Source: an uncultured Gammaproteobacteria bacterium (GTDB lineage: Bacteria > Patescibacteriota > Microgenomatia > Levybacterales > UBA12049). From it: a stretch of 64,000 nt of DNA. Of the stretch, positions 39,438-49,428 are shown one piece after another. Location of the stretch: the NCBI GenBank assembly GCA_964610465.1, contig CAZSWA010000001.1, forward strand, positions 79,023 through 143,022. Reading direction: 5' to 3'. The notes under the pieces are model-generated. The model worked only from the letters and a program-made list of their open reading frames with translations, was not told where the DNA came from and made no database searches. The position numbers and the translations under genes were made by a program. Position 1 is the stretch's first letter. Each line of letters starts with the position of its first letter.

Positions 39438-40055
39438 ATGGCTCGAGCAAGAAGAAATACAAGCTACATAAAGTTATTTTCCTTAGTAACAGTAGTTGCT
39501 CTTGGTATTGCTACCCTTCTGGTGGCAGGTATTGTCAAAAGACAACAAGATATTCAATCCAATGCAGCATCATTTATTCATACGACAAGTCTTTTTGCTG
39601 CTCCTACAACTGTGCAGCCTGGTGGGAGTGCAACAGCAATTTGGTATGTGCTTTTTCCATCGGCAGATGACTGGGTAGGTTTATATCATACTGGCGCTTC
39701 TGATACAAGCTATATCTCAAGACAGTATCTAGGAAGCTGCACAAGAAGACAAGGAAATGGACCTAATGCAGTAGGGATATGCAGGTTTACTTTCCCTCAG
39801 ACTCAAGGAACATATGAATTTCGTTTATTTAAACAAGGTACCTACACAAAAGTCGCAACATCAAATACAGTAACGGTTCTTGCCAATAATCCAGGTCCTA
39901 GCGTAACACCATTTGTAAGTTGTTTTCCACCACCACCATGTGTATATTCTGAACCACGTTGCTATATACAACAACCAGTTGAAGGATGGTGCGGTATGAA
40001 TATTACTCCGTCAGCAATACCTTCAAATGTTCCCTTAACCCCAAACGCTGAGTAG
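39438..40055 (+). CDS. Secreted/anchored protein with Ig-like (DWVGLY) domain and Cys/Pro-rich tail
   Basis: Basic N-terminus, TM, QQDIQSNA; DWVGLY...GTYEFRLF; TTGACA...TATTCT upstream of ATG 39438. Confidence 0.75.
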   Translation: MARARRNTSYIKLFSLVTVVALGIATLLVAGIVKRQQDIQSNAASFIHTTSLFAAPTTVQPGGSATAIWYVLFPSADDWVGLYHTGASDTSYISRQYLGSCTRRQGNGPNAVGICRFTFPQTQGTYEFRLFKQGTYTKVATSNTVTVLANNPGPSVTPFVSCFPPPPCVYSEPRCYIQQPVEGWCGMNITPSAIPSNVPLTPNAE

Positions 40056-40252
40056 TATCTTTAGATATTGGAAAATCAATCTATTTTTACTATTACCTCT
40101 TGACAAGTTACAATTTTCATTGTAATTTTAATCTAAATTAACAATTTATCAAATACTATCTTTCGATATCCTTTATATATTCGTCTAAATGCAAAAAAAT
40201 AACAAAACCGTAATTACTCTTTTAGATTACTTGATGGAAGGAGGTGATATAT

Positions 40253-40525
40253 TTGACCAAAAAAGACCTCATTGAAGTAGTAGCCAAGAAAGCCAATATT
40301 ACCAATAAAGCTGCTCGTGATGCAGTACATACTATGCTTTCAACTATTAGAGATTCTCTGAAAAGAGGAGAAAAAGTAGTTCTCACAGGGTTTGGAACCT
40401 TTAGTACGAGAAGTAGAGCACAAAGAGTAGGAAGAAATCCAAAGACTGGTGAAAGAATTACTCTTGCAGCAAGAAAAGCTCCAGGGTTTACTCCCGGGAA
40501 ATCTCTTAAAAAAGCTGTAAGATAA
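40253..40525 (+). CDS. hup: HU family DNA-binding protein
   Basis: GFGTF...GRNPKTGE; TTG start after strong SD AAGGAGGTG. Confidence 0.95.
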   Translation: MTKKDLIEVVAKKANITNKAARDAVHTMLSTIRDSLKRGEKVVLTGFGTFSTRSRAQRVGRNPKTGERITLAARKAPGFTPGKSLKKAVR

Positions 40526-40547
40526 TTTTATCTTTACACAGAGACGT

Positions 40548-40584
40548 AAAAAGAAGTTTCCTTTTCCTAGGAAGCTTCTTTTTT
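40548..40584. terminator. Bidirectional intrinsic terminator between hup and rnpB
   Basis: AAAAAGAAGTTTCCT...AGGAAGCTTCTTTTT with A and T tails. Confidence 0.75.
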
Positions 40585-40596
40585 ACCACAAAAAAA

Positions 40597-41023
40597 GTCC
40601 CAGGAAGATAATAAGCCAGATTCTGTTTTATCTTTCGAAGTTGCTCAAGATAATCCTGAGTTTATCGAAGGATTAACCGCAATCTATCTAGAAATGACAT
40701 TTACTATCATTTCTTTCTGCTATTCGCAGAATGCCCTTCTTCGGTATTCCTATAATGCAAGTGTAGATTCTGTATAGACAAAATCCGCATACCTTTCGAA
40801 GGTTGCAGCAGGTAGGATTGCCCGTTTCACTCCCACTCGTCTCTGTTGCTCTCAAATTCTGTCTCTTCAGAATTTGTTCTTAATTCTATATGTGGGTGAA
40901 GAATTAAGACACTAGCATTCTCATGTTGGAGTTTACACTCCATCCCCGGCATTATACCTGTCTGGACTTTCCTCTCCATCTCGCTTTAGGCTACTATGGA
41001 GTAGCAGTTTTTCTTCCCAGGAC
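40597..41023 (-). ncRNA. rnpB: RNase P RNA
   Basis: Reverse complement has P1 GTCCTGGGAAGA/TCTTCCTGGGAC, GAGGAAAGTCCAGA, GCAACAGAGAC...GTGAAACGG, ACAGAATCTGGCTTA; TATAAT at 41037-41032. Confidence 0.95.
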
Positions 41024-41056
41024 CCAAGTGTATTATAGGATAATATAAAAACAAAA

Positions 41057-43987
41057 TCAACTTAGGAGAATAGTATCAGCAGCATAGGTTTGACAAATCA
41101 TTTTATACTCACATGTCTTACAAAGGGCTATGCCTCCACATGAATAGCCACTTTTTCCAATTTCTTCTACCTTCTTGAGGATAAGTTCCTTTGCCGTATC
41201 TAGTTGCTCTCTGGTCCGAGTGGTAGTAAGTTTTATGCGCTTCTCAAGATAATGAAGAGAAAGTACTATTTCTTCGGGTTTTCTATTAAAAAGCGCATCA
41301 TTTACTTGTGTTGCTGCAAGTGCGTAAATGGTCAGCTGTAGATCGCTTAAAAGTTTTTTTTCATCAAGAACAGTATCCCCTGTCTTATAATCGATTATTT
41401 CAATCCTGCCGTCATTCATTTTATCTATTCTATCAATCCTTCCAAGCATTTTTATATTGTTGATAGTAAACTGAAATGGTGTTTCAAGTGCCAATGGTTG
41501 GTTAGTCGTATTTGAGTTATTTTGGATGTAGTCAATCAATAATTTTTTTGCATGGGTAAATGCTGTCTCCTCATGCGCTTTACTTTGGTACCCTTCATTG
41601 ATCCAATTTTTTTTCAGAATCATTTCTATATTACTAATATTTACCTTTTCACCCTTTATGACTAATTGATAGTATTCTTTCAATGTAGCATGAATACTTA
41701 TTCCAAAGGTTTGGGCTGCAATAGGTGTAGGCGGAATCTTTAAGATATATTTTAACTTGTAATGCAAAGGACAAATCTCAAATGTTTGTATTTGTGAATA
41801 AGACATATATGTTATTGCAGAAAGTGACGTATAAGAAATTTCAGGGACAATAATTTCTTTTTTATTATCATCTACAATATCCAGAAGAGAAAGTTGATGC
41901 ACAAACTGAGACGTTTTATAGGTATCAAGTACTTTTTTGACTTGCTCTTCACCTAATGTTTCATATACAAATGGTGAGACTTTTCGTTCTCGTTTTCCTT
42001 CACCGTAATAATATGCAGCCGTCAAAAATAGCATATCTCTGGCACGCGTCATACCCACATAAAACAATCTTCGTTCTTCTTCCAAATTATAATCATCTTC
42101 AGGTAATTCTTCTTTTATCAAGCCTTCAGGAACAGGTATTTGTTCTTTGCGTTCTCTTGTAGGAAATCTTTGTGCGACAAGGTTGACAAGAAAAACTACT
42201 GGAAATTCAAGTCCTTTGCTCGAATGAATGGTTAAAATATTCACAGCATTATTTTCATACCAATCCATGTCAGAGGCCATTGGACTTTCTCCAAGTTCCA
42301 TTGATAAATCTATCCAGTCAACTACTGCAAATACTGATGCATCAGCTCTCTCAGCTTCAAATTTCTTAAGACGTTCAAAAAATTTGGCAATATTTTGTGC
42401 TCGTTTTTCTTCAATTGCATTGATTGAAGATAAATATTGTTTTAGTAATCCTGAATCCTCAAAGAAGTAGTAAAGGATTTGTCCTGCAGAATCTCGAGGT
42501 ACGCGTTTTAGATGCCTATTAATCATTTCATATATTTCTTTTAATTTTTGTTTTGTATCTTCTGGCAGAAATATCTCATCGATATGCTCAAGCGCTTGAA
42601 ATAAGGTATAGTTTTTCTTTTTGGCAAAATTAAGGAATGCTGCAATGTCCCGAGCCTCCAACGCAAAAAGTGGCATAGTGAGTATGCGATAAAGTGAAGC
42701 GTTGTCCTCAAAATTTGCGAGCAATTTAAGATAGGCAATTAAGTCTTTTATCTCTTCTTGATGGAAGAGGTGCCCTGGTCCTAAAAATTGATAGGGAATT
42801 TGATTGTGTTCAAAAGCTCTTGTAAAAGCTTGTGAATGATCATTTGCACGGACAAGAATTGCAATATCTTTATATTGGAATTCTTTCTTTTTCACAAGCT
42901 CTATAATTTTTTTTGCAACTAAATCTGCTTCATTGTCAGCTCTTGTTGCAAACAGAAAATCAGTTGGTTCACCTTTTATCTTACGCATAGATTGTAATTT
43001 CTTATCAACACCTTCTTTTACCTCTAATCTATCAGGATTGTTATGCTGAATAAGTTGATAGGAGCGTTCAAGAATCTCTTTAGTCGAACGGTAATTTTTC
43101 GTCAGTGTAATTGTCTTTGCTTTTGGGAAATGATTTTTAAATTGAATTATGTTAGCTATTGCTGCACCTCGCCAACGGTAAATCGCCTGGTCATCATCAC
43201 CGACAACATTAATATTCTGTTTTTTTCCAGAAAGGAGAATTGCGAGTTCGTTTTGTGCAAAGTTAGTATCCTGAAATTCATCAACAAGGATATACTTGAA
43301 TTTTTTCTGATAATAAGAAAGGACATTTTTTCTCGTTCTAAAAAGTTTCAATACATTCGATATCAAATCACCAAAATCCATCATGCTTTCTTTGGCTTTT
43401 AGCTCTTCATATATTTTAAATGCATTCGCAAGTTCAAACGTTTTTTTAATTTCATCAGAGTTCGATATCTTGTCATTTTTTACTTTCTCTGCATAGGTAA
43501 GATATTCATCAGGAGTAATATCATCATCTTTAAGACGATTGAAGTGTACTAAAAGACCTTGCAAAAATTTATAAGGATTTCCAAGAGGTCTGAAGTATTC
43601 AAGATGTAGTTTAAAAAGATTTTTTCTCAAAAATAAAATAGATTCGGCTTCAGTTGCCATTGTGTATGATGGATTAAGTCCAATATGTATCGCTTCATCA
43701 CGTAAAACCCGGTCACAGAATGCATGAAACGTTGCAATCCACATCTGAGTATATCCATATGGTAATGCGATGTCGACTCTCTCTTCCATTTCTCTTGCTG
43801 CTTTTTCAGTGAAGGTAAGTGCAAGTATCTCAGAAGGCAGTATTTTTTTTTCAAGTAACAGGTATTTTATCCTTTGGGTAATAACAGTAGTTTTTCCAGT
43901 TCCGGCACCTGCGATAATAAGAAGCGGTCCTTCTCCAAAGGTAACAGCTTCTTCTTGTTCTGGATTTAGGTATACAGTTTGTGCCAT
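41057..43987 (-). CDS. UvrD/PcrA-family helicase with C-terminal PD-(D/E)XK nuclease (AdnB/AddA-like)
   Basis: AGAGTGKT, VDEFQDTN, VGDDDQAIY, HSSKGLEF, EERRLFYVGMTRA; GRIDRID...IIDYKTG; four Cys. Confidence 0.93.
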   Translation of the reverse strand: MAQTVYLNPEQEEAVTFGEGPLLIIAGAGTGKTTVITQRIKYLLLEKKILPSEILALTFTEKAAREMEERVDIALPYGYTQMWIATFHAFCDRVLRDEAIHIGLNPSYTMATEAESILFLRKNLFKLHLEYFRPLGNPYKFLQGLLVHFNRLKDDDITPDEYLTYAEKVKNDKISNSDEIKKTFELANAFKIYEELKAKESMMDFGDLISNVLKLFRTRKNVLSYYQKKFKYILVDEFQDTNFAQNELAILLSGKKQNINVVGDDDQAIYRWRGAAIANIIQFKNHFPKAKTITLTKNYRSTKEILERSYQLIQHNNPDRLEVKEGVDKKLQSMRKIKGEPTDFLFATRADNEADLVAKKIIELVKKKEFQYKDIAILVRANDHSQAFTRAFEHNQIPYQFLGPGHLFHQEEIKDLIAYLKLLANFEDNASLYRILTMPLFALEARDIAAFLNFAKKKNYTLFQALEHIDEIFLPEDTKQKLKEIYEMINRHLKRVPRDSAGQILYYFFEDSGLLKQYLSSINAIEEKRAQNIAKFFERLKKFEAERADASVFAVVDWIDLSMELGESPMASDMDWYENNAVNILTIHSSKGLEFPVVFLVNLVAQRFPTRERKEQIPVPEGLIKEELPEDDYNLEEERRLFYVGMTRARDMLFLTAAYYYGEGKRERKVSPFVYETLGEEQVKKVLDTYKTSQFVHQLSLLDIVDDNKKEIIVPEISYTSLSAITYMSYSQIQTFEICPLHYKLKYILKIPPTPIAAQTFGISIHATLKEYYQLVIKGEKVNISNIEMILKKNWINEGYQSKAHEETAFTHAKKLLIDYIQNNSNTTNQPLALETPFQFTINNIKMLGRIDRIDKMNDGRIEIIDYKTGDTVLDEKKLLSDLQLTIYALAATQVNDALFNRKPEEIVLSLHYLEKRIKLTTTRTREQLDTAKELILKKVEEIGKSGYSCGGIALCKTCEYKMICQTYAADTILLS

Positions 43988-44085
43988 AAGTATTTTATTG
44001 TAGCACAAAATAATAAAAACAGGATAATTTTTTTAGCACTTTTCTTGCATTTACTTTTCTACTTCCTATACAATAGGAGACGTAA

Positions 44086-44805
44086 ATGAACGCAAAGGCA
44101 TTTCTATTACCATTTTTGAGAAAAGAGCAGATAGCTAACAATATCTTTTCGTTTTATTTTAAACGTCTGGAAGATACACCTGATTTTCTTCCGGGACAAT
44201 ATATTCGGCTTACTCTTCCTCATACAAATTCTGATGAGAGAGGAACAAGCAGATATTTTACCATTGCATCATCGCCATTACAAAAAGAAATTATAATAAC
44301 AACAAGAATTGAACGAAGCAGCTTTAAAAAAACACTTCTCAATCTTACAAAAGGTACAACTGTAAAATTTTTTGGACCAATGGGAAATTTTCTATTGCCA
44401 GAAAATAATTTAATTCCTTGTGTTTTTATTGCAGGTGGTATTAGTATTACTCCATATCATAGTATGATTAATTATGCACATGAAAAAAATTTTTCTCTTC
44501 CAATTACCCTTTTTGTCACATTTTCAACAATTAATGAAGTAATATATTATAAAGAACTTACATTAATTGCTCAAAAAAATCCTCATATAAAAATTATCTA
44601 TTCAGTAAGTAAAGCGAATAGTTTATGGACTGGAGAACAGGGACGTATATCAGAGGAACTTATTAAAAAATATGTCCAGGATGTTTCAAAACCTATATTC
44701 TATCTCGTTGGATCATCAAAAATGATAGAAACTATAAAGGAAATTCTGATAAGAATGAATATTCATGACGAGAGAATAAAGATAGAAGAATTTACAGGAT
44801 ATTAG
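44086..44805 (+). CDS. FAD/NAD(P)-binding oxidoreductase (FNR-like)
   Basis: FLPGQY, RYFTIASSP, IAGGISITP, EEFTGY. Confidence 0.88.
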   Translation: MNAKAFLLPFLRKEQIANNIFSFYFKRLEDTPDFLPGQYIRLTLPHTNSDERGTSRYFTIASSPLQKEIIITTRIERSSFKKTLLNLTKGTTVKFFGPMGNFLLPENNLIPCVFIAGGISITPYHSMINYAHEKNFSLPITLFVTFSTINEVIYYKELTLIAQKNPHIKIIYSVSKANSLWTGEQGRISEELIKKYVQDVSKPIFYLVGSSKMIETIKEILIRMNIHDERIKIEEFTGY

Positions 44806-45829
44806 TATTTACTAACTCTTCTTTTTTTTCATTAGTTATTTGTTGCACAGATGATAGTTTTTGTCCGAGACCTAAAAAAGCTTTATTCACATTAGTAAAT
44901 TGGTTTGAAGCGTTGGTTAAATGTTTGCCAAGTACATCTAATGATTCGTTTACTTTTCCATAATCAATTTGGATGGCTCTTAACAATTTAAATATTTCTT
45001 TAGATTGAGATTCTATTTTTTTACCTTCGAAAGAAAGCAGAATAGTTTGAAGATGGATATAGAGCGTGCTTGGAGATACGATATACACTCGATTTATTCT
45101 TGCATATTCAACAAGTTCCTCAAGATTTATAATTTCATAAAACACAGACTCACTTGGTACGTACATTAAGGCAAAATCCAAAGTATTTTCATCAGGCAAT
45201 ATATATTTTTTCGCAATTGCATCAATGTGTTTTTTGACATCCCGTATAAATTCTTTTTGCAAGGTAAATTTCTCTTGTTCATTTGCTGACTTTATCATTC
45301 TTTGAAAATTTTCCATAGGGAATTTTGAATCAATAGGAAGAATACCGGCATCAGTTTTGATTGCTGCGTCAACTTTATCTCCAGATTTAAATTGATATTG
45401 TAAATGAAAACTATTTTTGGGAAATGTCTGTGCTATTAAATCTTTTAGTACTTGCTCTCCGATATTGCCTCTCATTTTGGGACTTTTAAGAAACTCCTGC
45501 AGTTCCTTCATACTGCGTCCAATTTCACTCATTTGTCCAACTTCTTTTCCAACATCACGTATTACATCTGCTGCTTTATCAAGTCTTTCATTAAGTTGGC
45601 GTGAATTTTCCTGAAGAGTACGTACCATATCAGTTGAATTTGAACGAAGTGCTGTTTGCATATTCCTATTAGTCATTTCTAGAGATGATTGCATTGTCTT
45701 TAACCATTCAAGAAGGACTTGATTGTCGTCCTGTCTTTTGAGCTCTGCAATTCTCCGATTGAGAAAGAAAATAATAAGACCAAACCCTAAGAATAAAAAG
45801 AAAAGGATAAGAAGGAAATCAAATTGCAT
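44792..45829 (-). CDS. rmuC: DNA recombination protein RmuC
   Basis: N-terminal TM, RGNIGEQVL, PIDSKFP, FALMYVPSE, VSPSTL. Confidence 0.92.
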   Translation of the reverse strand: MQFDFLLILFFLFLGFGLIIFFLNRRIAELKRQDDNQVLLEWLKTMQSSLEMTNRNMQTALRSNSTDMVRTLQENSRQLNERLDKAADVIRDVGKEVGQMSEIGRSMKELQEFLKSPKMRGNIGEQVLKDLIAQTFPKNSFHLQYQFKSGDKVDAAIKTDAGILPIDSKFPMENFQRMIKSANEQEKFTLQKEFIRDVKKHIDAIAKKYILPDENTLDFALMYVPSESVFYEIINLEELVEYARINRVYIVSPSTLYIHLQTILLSFEGKKIESQSKEIFKLLRAIQIDYGKVNESLDVLGKHLTNASNQFTNVNKAFLGLGQKLSSVQQITNEKKEELVNTNIL

Positions 45830-45871
45830 AACACTATTGTAGCACCATAGAAAAAGATTGGGAAATGTAAG

Positions 45872-46969
45872 CTAGAAATATAATTCAGGATCAGTTGTTA
45901 CTTCAGCCCAATCTACAGGATGAAAATTAAAATATGCAGCGCTTGCTACCATTGCAGCATTATCAGTACATAATTTTTTTGACGGTACAAAAAACCGGAA
46001 ATTCTGTTTTTTAGATTCTTGAGAAAATGTATCACGAAGTAATTGATTAGCTGCGACACCTCCTGAGAGAAGTATTGATTTCACCTGGTATTTTTGAGCT
46101 GCATGAATTGTTTTTTTCACTAAAACTTCAATAATTGCATTTTGTAATGATGCACAAAGATTGGCAATTGTTTTTTTTCCAGAATTTGAAAGCGAATCCG
46201 TTAAAGCCGCTTGCTGCCAACCAATTTTTTCAGAAGAAGTATTTTTACGAAGTATTGGAAAAAGTTCTTGCGTAGTATTTAAAAATGCCGTCTTCAAGCC
46301 TGAAAAAGAGAATTCATAACCATGAATGCTTATCATAGGCCGGGGAAACGGGAAAGAATTAAGATCACCTGATTGCGCAAGTTCTGCAATCTTTGGGCCA
46401 CCAGGATAATTATATCCAAGCAACCTTGCACATTTATCAAAACATTCCCCTGCCGCATCATCCCGCGTGCCTCCCAATAATTGTAACAGCCCATGTTTCT
46501 TTAAAAGTAATAAATCTGTATGTCCGCCAGAAACAACGAGAACAACTGCGGGAAGAAGAATATCAGAATTCTCAATCCAGTTTGCATAGATATGTCCAAT
46601 CATATGATTTACAGGAACAATCGGTTTATTCCATACAAGCGAAAGCGTTTTTGCTGTTTCTACTCCAACAAGAAGTGAACCGATAAGCCCTGGTCCATAG
46701 GTTACCGCAATTGCATCTAGAGAAGAAAGAATTTTATCTTTTTCTTTGAATTTGCAATTGAGACCTTTTTCTACTGCTTCTTCCAGGACAGGAATCATAT
46801 ATGCAACTTGTTCTCGAGCTGCTATTTCTGGAATTATCCCTCCTGTTTTTGCATGAAGATTAAGAGAAGTTGCAATGGTATTGGAAAGTAAGTGTATTTT
46901 ATTATCTTCTTCTTGAATTACAGCAGCAGAAGTTTCATCACAGGAAGTTTCAATGCCGAGGATTGTCAT
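45872..46969 (-). CDS. tsaD: tRNA t6A synthesis protein TsaD
   Basis: LGIETSCDET, GPGLIGSL, HMIGH, VSGGHT, DDAAGECFDK, TDNAAM. Confidence 0.97.
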   Translation of the reverse strand: MTILGIETSCDETSAAVIQEEDNKIHLLSNTIATSLNLHAKTGGIIPEIAAREQVAYMIPVLEEAVEKGLNCKFKEKDKILSSLDAIAVTYGPGLIGSLLVGVETAKTLSLVWNKPIVPVNHMIGHIYANWIENSDILLPAVVLVVSGGHTDLLLLKKHGLLQLLGGTRDDAAGECFDKCARLLGYNYPGGPKIAELAQSGDLNSFPFPRPMISIHGYEFSFSGLKTAFLNTTQELFPILRKNTSSEKIGWQQAALTDSLSNSGKKTIANLCASLQNAIIEVLVKKTIHAAQKYQVKSILLSGGVAANQLLRDTFSQESKKQNFRFFVPSKKLCTDNAAMVASAAYFNFHPVDWAEVTTDPELYF

Positions 46970-47454
46970 AGATTAATTTTGATACCATCACCTTTTTTGA
47001 TATCATACTTTTTCACGAGTCCTGCATTTATTTCAAGAACTTTATCTACTGGTTCAGATGGTTGATAGCAGGAAATATCTTCACAAGTCGGATTTTGTAT
47101 ATTGAATGGTGCAGGTGGCAAATTTTCATATATCGTTACTATTTTATTGCCGTTAATAAAAAGTATATCAAGCGGGAATTTCATACCACGCATCCAAAAC
47201 GCATACATACCTGGTTTATTAAAAATGAATAACATCCCTTGATTTTGAGGTAGAAAAGGTTTATCTGATAACCCTTTCATAAGTTCCTGTGGTGTATGAG
47301 CAACTTCTACTTTAAAAGTTTGTTGGTTAATTGTCACAGATGAAGAAGGCGTCTTTTGCCCACTATTTTTTATTAGCTTTGAATTAAATTGAAAAAAAAC
47401 AAAACCTGTAAAGAGAACCAGTAATATGCCAAAGAGTAAAATAAACTTATTCAT
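46966..47454 (-). CDS. DUF192 family protein
   Basis: N-terminal TM; GMLFIF, FWMRGMKFPLDILFI, VLEINAG. Confidence 0.9.
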   Translation of the reverse strand: MNKFILLFGILLVLFTGFVFFQFNSKLIKNSGQKTPSSSVTINQQTFKVEVAHTPQELMKGLSDKPFLPQNQGMLFIFNKPGMYAFWMRGMKFPLDILFINGNKIVTIYENLPPAPFNIQNPTCEDISCYQPSEPVDKVLEINAGLVKKYDIKKGDGIKINL

Positions 47455-47456
47455 AT

Positions 47457-47942
47457 CTATAATTCTTTTAATAAAGAAGATGCAAGCTTACTTGTTGAAT
47501 GATTCATAATTTGTAATGTTACATCAAGAAGTTTTGCTCCTGTTAGTTCTGCTTGTCGTTCTTTGTGCTTTCGAGCAGAATCACCCTTCGTAGTTGCGAT
47601 TATAGCAGGTTTTATTTTAATAATCACATTATCATATTGCGTGTCTTTAAACTGAGGAGGAAGCATAACGATAAAATCTACATCTCTTAAAGCTGAGAGT
47701 ACATACGCTCTATCTTTTTGAGTATTAATTGGTCTTTCAGGCCCTTTCTTATTCCTTACACTTTTATCACTTTCAAGAAGTAAAAATAAGACATCTCCTT
47801 TTTTTCTCGCTTTTTCAATAAATATAATATGTCCTTTGTGGAGAATATCAAAACAACCTCCAATAAGAACTATCGATTTCTTTCCTTCACGAAGATTATT
47901 TGCTATAGACACTGCTTGTTGTAGAGATATTATTTTCCTCAT
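47457..47942 (-). CDS. Cytidylyltransferase-family protein (RfaE2/TagD-like)
   Basis: GGCFDILHKGH, SDKSVR..KGPERP, STS. Confidence 0.88.
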   Translation of the reverse strand: MRKIISLQQAVSIANNLREGKKSIVLIGGCFDILHKGHIIFIEKARKKGDVLFLLLESDKSVRNKKGPERPINTQKDRAYVLSALRDVDFIVMLPPQFKDTQYDNVIIKIKPAIIATTKGDSARKHKERQAELTGAKLLDVTLQIMNHSTSKLASSLLKEL

Positions 47943-49385
47943 TTATTGAGTTCCACGTAAATATACTGCTTGCCATGGACGATAATTTGAAACAAATTTA
48001 TCAGAAAGAAAAACTTTACCATCTTTTTTAACGGTTCTCGTAAAATAGACATTTGCTCCCCAGGCTGAGAAATCAACTTGTTTTACAGTACCTTTAGGAA
48101 GTGTTGGATCATCTTGATACAAATCAGGAGGAGGAGGTGTTTGATTAAGAATTACGGGTTGAGTAATAGTAACCTCCCGGTTATCTTTTGTTCCATAAAT
48201 CTCAAAAGTTAAGCGCATATTTTCTTCATCTACATGACTTTGAATTAATAAATAATGTCCAGTATCATTTTTAAATTTTAAATCTACACTTGGCCAATAA
48301 ACTGCAGCATCAATCCCGGGAGCAGAATCCTCTTCATAATATCCTACACGATACGCATGAGGATTTCTTTCAACAATAGGGAGACCTGCATTTAATGCTG
48401 CTCGAAAAAGAGTAGTAGAAACTTGGCATACTCCACCTCCATCTCCTAAAACTGTATGACCATTTTCTATCACATATGCTTGTTTATATCCTGTATATAC
48501 AGAAATATCTCCAATGGTTTTATCAAAAGAAAAAACTTCATTAGGAGCAATCAGAGTCCCATTTAGTTTATTTGCAGCAAGAGAGATATTATATACTCTA
48601 TTTTCAATAGAATGATAAAAAAGGGAAGTACCCACACTTACTAACTCTTTAATACCTAATGTGCTTACATTATCTATATTTATTGTAGGTTTTCTTGAGA
48701 TTATAGGGATTGGTATTATTATCAATTGGGGAGTATCTGTAGAAAAGGAATTTTCCATTTGTGCAAGTATTTCTTTTTTCAAGGTTGAGATATCAACATC
48801 TTGTCCATTTATTGATTTTCGAAGTTCAATAACTTTTCCATCTTGAAAATTAAATAATGCGTCTACTGGTTCTTTATGAATTTTACTCTGTAAGGAACTC
48901 GTTATTTCATCTAATTTACTTTCATCCACTGTATATGAGGGCGAGAGGTCAATACTATTCATGTAGGCATTCAGTATAAGACTAATATTGGATAATGTGT
49001 TTCCTGTCCTCCCAATACTAAAAGCTTGATCTGCAAGAAGTTTTCCATTGTATCCTAGATTAATTTGTTTTCCGGAAATTGTTGCAGTAGCATCAGGTGA
49101 AGATAACAGAAAAACTGTTTTTCCTATTTTTTCATTTTGTTTTTGATAATACTTTTTAATATACTCGCTCGTTTTTCCGCTAAAATCGATTCCATTGATA
49201 GAGACACCAGAATAAACAGTATTTGCATGGAGTTTTTGGTATATAATAAAAAGAAAACTGGTAAAAAAGAAAAATCCAATTATTGCGCCAAGAGAAAACC
49301 AGAAAAATACTTTAGTTGTCAAGAAAAATGTTTTCTTTTTATTATTTGCGATTTTTGATAAATAACTTTTTAACTTCAAAAACAT
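47943..49385 (-). CDS. VanW family protein
   Basis: N-terminal TM; FSFDKTIG, GGGVCQVSTTLFRA, DLKFKND. Confidence 0.92.
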   Translation of the reverse strand: MFLKLKSYLSKIANNKKKTFFLTTKVFFWFSLGAIIGFFFFTSFLFIIYQKLHANTVYSGVSINGIDFSGKTSEYIKKYYQKQNEKIGKTVFLLSSPDATATISGKQINLGYNGKLLADQAFSIGRTGNTLSNISLILNAYMNSIDLSPSYTVDESKLDEITSSLQSKIHKEPVDALFNFQDGKVIELRKSINGQDVDISTLKKEILAQMENSFSTDTPQLIIIPIPIISRKPTINIDNVSTLGIKELVSVGTSLFYHSIENRVYNISLAANKLNGTLIAPNEVFSFDKTIGDISVYTGYKQAYVIENGHTVLGDGGGVCQVSTTLFRAALNAGLPIVERNPHAYRVGYYEEDSAPGIDAAVYWPSVDLKFKNDTGHYLLIQSHVDEENMRLTFEIYGTKDNREVTITQPVILNQTPPPPDLYQDDPTLPKGTVKQVDFSAWGANVYFTRTVKKDGKVFLSDKFVSNYRPWQAVYLRGTQ

Positions 49386-49428
49386 TGTACGAGGTGATAT
49401 AAGGTATTATACTATAACTACAGTAATT

